This document shows, piece by piece, positions 58,647-64,000 of a DNA stretch of 64,000 bases (position 1 is the first letter of the stretch; the number at the start of each line of letters is the position of its first letter). Under the pieces are notes generated by a model. It ran no database searches. It had not been told where the DNA came from and saw only the letters and a program-made list of their open reading frames with translations. A program made the translations under genes and the position numbers. Where the stretch lies: the NCBI GenBank assembly GCA_025558095.1, contig JAIVFI010000034.1, forward strand, positions 310,001 through 374,000. The letters are read 5' to 3'. Origin of the DNA: Hyaloraphidium curvatum SAG 235-1 (taxonomy: Eukaryota > Fungi > Monoblepharomycota).

Positions 58647-59476
58647 TCATGGTCCCAGGTCGAAGACGCGGTAGAGCCAGCAGTACGTGGCAAGCCAAAA
58701 GGCCGAGCCCAGGAAGCTGCCCAAGAGCTTCTCCTGCCAGTCGTGGAAATAGAGCGACGTGGCGAGCAACATCACGGCCCACAACGCCACGATCCCGAGG
58801 AGAAACACTCCCAGCAGCAGTTGGGCACGCGCAGCGGTACCGAGGTTGTCCATCTGGCGGCCCAGCAGTCTTCGCAGGGGGAAAAGCTCCTCCAGCGCAA
58901 ACAGGGACGAGTGGATGAGCAGGAGGCAGTGCCCGCTAATGTCGAATCCATCCCAACGTCCGCCCTCCGCGTGACAGTGCTTATGGTGGGAATAGTCGCC
59001 GCCCAAGGAGCACGAGCCCGTCCGAATAAGCACGCGGTCGAAGACAGAGTAGCCAAAGAACCACTGGGTTAGGAGCGCCCAGTAAACCGTCGCCAGAGAC
59101 CACCGGACCGCTGCCTTGGCGACGCGCGTCCACCTGGAGGAAGAAGCGGTGGTGCCTTCGCTGTATGCTAGGAGCGGCATGAGGAAGAGCAACGGAGTGC
59201 TTGTCCAGGCCTGGACGCAAGCGAGCCCGTCAGGAGAGCGTTGCCGACCGAGTGGAGCCCACTCACCCAGCCAAGCTTCACAAAGACCGTGTTCAGCACG
59301 TTCCGCTTGTTGGAGAATATCGAAGGCGGGATCTCGAAGAGATGCTGCGCCAGCGTCCCGAGGAGCACCAAGGCCAAGTATCCGCCCAAGGAAACGCGCT
59401 GCCGGAAGTCCAAGCGGAACGGCTGCCGCTCCGTCCGGGTGCGCGCGGCGCTGATCTGGGTGCGCCCCAAGTCCAT
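58647..59476 (-). CDS. FIT family acyl-CoA diphosphatase (Scs3/Yft2)
   Basis: FSNKRNVLNTVFVKLGW, TQWFFG..FDR, GFDISGHC, TSLYFHDWQEK. Confidence 0.9.
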
Positions 59477-59588
59477 GCCGCTACCGGTCCGCCCTCGTGC
59501 CCGAGGATTCCGCCTCCTGGGGGTCATTTTCCGGGCCTGCTTTGATGCCGGCGGAGGTGCGCGGTATCAACAATCGACAACATCGCAA

Positions 59589-62308
59589 ATGCCAAAGTCG
59601 GAGCACCGCCGTGGCCGCCGGGGCGTCAAGAAGAAGAAGGCTGACAGGAGCTCGGCCGGCGATGAGGAGGCGGGCACAAAGACAGGCCGCCGCAAAGAGC
59701 GGCGGCAAACGGAGGAGCCGGAAGACGAGGTCGTCGCGGAACTGCCCGCGGCCCCGCCGCAAGCCTTCTACGGACCGGTGCCTTCCGATGTTAGGCAGTA
59801 TGTCATGAACTTGGACAGCTTGCTGGACGAGCAGACTTTCGAGGACGCCGAAGGTGCGGGGCTCGTGTCAACGGCAACCAGGCGATGTGACAGCCCACCC
59901 CCGGGCACCAGAGCAATCAGCTTTCGTCGGCAATGTGTTCCGTGGTCTTAGCGACAATGAGCTCCGCCTGGCGACGGATGTGGATTGCTCGGTTGTTCTG
60001 GAGAAGCTCTTGCGATTGTCCGACGACTTCCAGCTGCGGGTCTTTATGGACCGCCTGACTGGCCGGTTCGCGGATCTTTTTCGACACCAGTATGCTTCCC
60101 ATGTCGTTCAAACTCTCATCACTGTGGCCGCGGATGTCGTCGATCGAGAGGTTTGGTTGCGAAGCTGCGTAGGCGGCGACGTCTCATTGGGCCTTGCATT
60201 TCAGGTTCGCGACAGCAATTCGGACGGGCCGCAGCCCGTGACGGGCGAAGAAGGTGTACTTCTTCCCATGCAAGACCTGATCGTGGCAATGTGCAGCGTG
60301 GGTCGTCAGCGCATCTTGCACACGATGCCAATTGACGGCGGCCGCAACAGGAAATCGAAGGCGACGTTCTCTCGCTCGTTTCCGATCGATACGCCTCCCA
60401 CGTCATCCGAACGTTGCTGGCCGTTCTGGTTGGCGAAGAGCCTTCGCACCTTTCTTCGACCATTCGCAGCAAGCGGAGCCGGGCGTTTGCGCAGAAGCAT
60501 ACCGAGTCAGCTCCATCGTTTCGCAAAAGGGTTCGTTCTTCAATCAACGGTCGAGGAGTCGTTGCTGATCCGGGCCGCAGAATCGCTCCGTTCCGAACTC
60601 TTTCACTGAAGCAGCCAGGAGATTCGTCGCCGCGGTTTTCGGGGACCTCGCCGAGGCGATAGTGTCTCAAGTGGCGTTCGATCCTGTCACCAGTCCCGTC
60701 TTTCAGCAGACGCTGGATGTTCTTGCTAAGCTCAAACCAAACGCCGATGACCCCGCTGCATTGGATTCGTCTGCGCTGATCCAGCGCCTCCTCGGCTTCG
60801 GCCGCGACGCGAAGAAAGGTCGGCCGCCTCGACATTTCCTTCTGCCCAGCTTATGATCTTCCAGACTCCCGCCTCGATTTCGTCGAGACTATGCTGCGAG
60901 ACTCTGTGGGCTCGCACCTCCTGCAGAAGATTATTCAGCTCGCCGACGCCAAAACGCTGCATCGACTCTATCTGACGTACTTTCGCACGCGAATGGACGA
61001 ACTCAGCTTGCATCCGCTGGCCAACTTTGTCGTGCAGGAGCTTATTGCGTCCGTCAAGACAGCCGTGGAGCTGGAGATGATCGTCGAGGAGACTGGGCCC
61101 ATCTGGGCCAAGCTGCTATGTGGCTGTCACGCTTCACGCTGTGCTTCCCTTCATCAACTAACCTCGATGTACCAGTTGGTGCTCGTCCTGGGGTGGTCGT
61201 CAAGATCTTGGAGGCCTGTTTGCGGCTGCAGGCATCCTTTGCCGAGACTGTCAAGGTTCGCACACGTTGATAACGCCCCGTGCCCTGTAACTCATGCCGC
61301 TTCCAGCATCTTCAACAAAACTTTGGCGTGGGCAGTGCCGAAACCAGGAAGCTTTTCGTGAGGGCTGTGCTTGAACTGCGGCGGCTAGATACTAGCCCAG
61401 ATGGGCCGTCGTTGGATCTGGACGCCATATCGTTCCACGGCTCCCTGCTCGTGCAGCACTTGCTCGCCTTTCCGGCTGCGGAGAACAAGGACGTTGTGCA
61501 CTGGATCTTGGATCTCTCTCCGGACACGCTGGCGTCGCTTGCCAAGCACCCCCTGGGAGGCCGTGTGATTGAAGCTTTCATCCTGTCGTCCAACGTTGGG
61601 ATAAAGCTGCGGCGAAAGCTCGTGCGCCGCTTCGGGGGCAGCTTTGCCGGACTCGCGATGGACAAGTATGGAAGCCACGTGGTTGACAAGCTCTGGGCGC
61701 ACGTTGCAGACATTGACGACAAGGAGAAGATAGCCGGCGAGCTGCTGGAGTCGCTCGTGGCACTCCAGAACAACCACCATGGACGGTTCGTCGTTCGCAA
61801 CTGCCGTTTGGAATCCTTCAAGCAGCAGAGAGACACGTGGCGTCAGAGGGAGATCGGTGTTGATCGTCGGCGCGACATGTTCAAGGCGATCCTCGACGGC
61901 CCCGGAGCACCGGCAGGGCGTAGCTCGGACCAAGCGCCGGTCGCGCGCGACCCCGTCGTGGCGTCGAAAGCTTTTGATTCGACCATGCAGTCCTTGGGCT
62001 TTCAAACGAACAGCACCGCGGCGCAAGGGAAGAAGAAGGACAAAACGAAGCACAAGAAAGCATCTTTGCACCGCAAAGATTCGGAAATGGCTCTTTTCAA
62101 GGACGACGAGCTCGAAGGGAGCGGGCGGAAAGAGAGAGTCGGTGAGGCGGTGGACGGGAAGCGCATGGCAAAGAAGGGCTCTGCTGGCGGCGATTTGGAC
62201 TTTGTCCTGGCCGCAGTTGCATCCAGCAAGAAGAAGCGAAAGGCCGGGGAAAAGGAGGAAGGCGATGGGTCGGCGAAGAAGGATAAGCGCCGGAAGTTTG
62301 AGGGGTGA
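59589..62308 (+). CDS. NOP9: Nucleolar protein 9 (Pumilio-repeat)
   Basis: LATDVDCSVVLEKLL, HQYASHVVQTL, GSHLLQ, HPLANFVVQ, DKYGSHVVDKLW, Lys-rich tail. Confidence 0.9.
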
Positions 62309-62382
62309 TGTGTGGGGGGTGATCAAACCCTGGCCATCCAAACAGCTCGCGCGCAATTCCCGCAGCGGGACCCCGGCAAATG

Positions 62383-64000
62383 ATGGATATCGTGCGCGTT
62401 TTCCAGCGAAAGCGTCGAGAGGCAGGTGTGGCTCGCTTGCCCCGGGGCGCCGGCCTTGGCTTCAACCCCGCGCTAGTTCGGCAGACCCGTGGACCTCCGG
62501 GACGCATTGGCCTTTAATCTCAATGCCGACATATGGCCCGACAAGGACATCCGGGCAAACTACGTTGCTCGGAAGGAAGTCGCTGCCGAAACGCAATCGG
62601 TGCCGGAGCTCTCGGAACACGAGGCCAACACGGAGCACGCGACCCACCAGAGCGTGGCCGTCCAACACTCCGAGGGCGGGTGGCCTCGGGATGTTGATTC
62701 TGCGGACAATGAGCAAACCGCTCGCTTCCGGAAGAAGGTGGAAAAGGACGAAGGCTTCGCCAAGTCCGTCAAGAGCCTCGCTGAAGTGCGCACGTCTGCT
62801 GGCCACCGGGGAACGCGTGACTGACATTGATCCCAGACCGTGGAGCACGCGATCATGCAGAACAATGCCATCGACATCTATGAAGAGTATTTTCCCGGCG
62901 AGAGGGAAGACCTCGTCCAGGAGCAGCCCTCGGCACAGAACATTGGCCGTTACCTGTGAGCGCCGTTGCGGTGGATCATTCTCGTTCCCTGACAGCCGGT
63001 CAAGGTACCCTCACGAGTCGCCGCCTTCAGCAACACACACATCCTGGTACCCCGAAGAAGGACACCGCTTCGCAGTCTCATACGCGTGCCTCGAGTTCCA
63101 AAAGCCGTGGCCACATGGGATACCAAATGCGCTCATTTGGAACGTTGATCGCCACAATGTCCCGGATCAAGTGCTGTCTCCCTCCTCCGCTCTCGTGCAG
63201 TTGAAGTACAACCCGAAAGATCCCCACATTCTCCTCGGCGGCTGTCACAACGGAACCTTGGGTGGGGCTGCACGCACCTACCTGGAGGCACCGCTTGACG
63301 CATTGCTGCAGCATTCTGGGACACCCGCAAGGGTGCGCAAGCAGTGGAAAGCTCGTCCAAGAAGCTTTCGCACGGAGAGCCGGTCTTTGACGTTTCCTGG
63401 ATACAGTCCAAGACAGGTAAGCCGCAGGGGGTCGCTTTAGTGCGCCGCTCATCATGGGCATCCAGGCACGGAGTGCTTCTCCGTGTCAACCGACGGATGG
63501 GTCAAGTGGTGGGATACACGACACCTGGCGGACCCGGTGGATTCACTGGCGATGGACGTGGAAAAGAACGGAAAGCTGGTTGGGGGGACCTGCCTTGATT
63601 ACGATCTATCCCTGGTGGGCGACTCAGGACCCGTGCCGTCATCTTGCTGACATCGATTCAGCCCACCAAGTTTCTGATCGGAACCGAGGCCGGCAGTATC
63701 CTTGCATGCAATCGGAAGCTAAAGGCTGCGTCGGAGAGGATACAGCACACGTACAGCGCTCACTTTACCAGGGTCTGCGCAGTCAAGGTCGGTTGCGTTG
63801 CCTCATCTTGTCCCGCTCCTTGAATGACCTCCCCCTTGGAACAGCGCAACGCATTCTTCCCGAAAGCGTTCCTGTCTGTCGGCGACTGGACGGCAAAGAT
63901 CTGGACCGAAGATGTGCGAACTTCCATCTTCTCGACGGCTCGTGCGCCATCCTACCTCACGGACTGTGCATGGAGCCCGAGCCGGCCAGCAGTCTTTGCC
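62383..64000 (+). CDS. DNAI2: Axonemal outer-arm dynein intermediate chain 2 (IC2/ODA6), runs off window
   Basis: [13 protein letters not shown]|[43 protein letters not shown], then WD40 repeats. Confidence 0.92.

Noticed and set aside
61779-63440. 553-aa plus-strand ORF
   Set aside because: Off-frame run across NOP9, the intergenic region and DNAI2 exons.

Overview
Gene-dense, GC-rich eukaryotic DNA with many short (~50-70 nt) spliceosomal introns. The gene content (HIS5, ADE13, PRO1, NOP9, glucosylceramide synthase, plus Integrator INTS11 and axonemal dynein DNAI2) points to an early-diverging, zoosporic-type fungus; the taxon is an inference. From ~8.9 kb to the end the window holds ~30 mostly conserved housekeeping genes, often in head-to-head pairs. 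The first ~8.8 kb is different: a block of orphan genes with nucleic-acid-related domains (PARP-type Zn finger, C2H2 plus L7Ae fold, intronless ERI1-like DEDDh exonuclease, RG-rich/PHD-like protein, unknown protein). This block ends in a ~956-aa intronless reading frame, split by a 1-nt frameshift at an A6 run, that carries the ordered RuvC motifs of a Fanzor (eukaryotic TnpB-family RNA-guided nuclease): VGVDIGG ... YVG ... TDERGTSS ... GRDAIGAN. It is followed by a hairpin-rich tract ending in hairpin+CTAG, a candidate omega-RNA and element right end. Best candidate for a new system: an unusually large Fanzor-like nuclease in a putative mobile island with RNA-binding and RNA-trimming neighbours. 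All assignments are from motif recognition by eye, with no database searches; exon boundaries and start codons are manual estimates.
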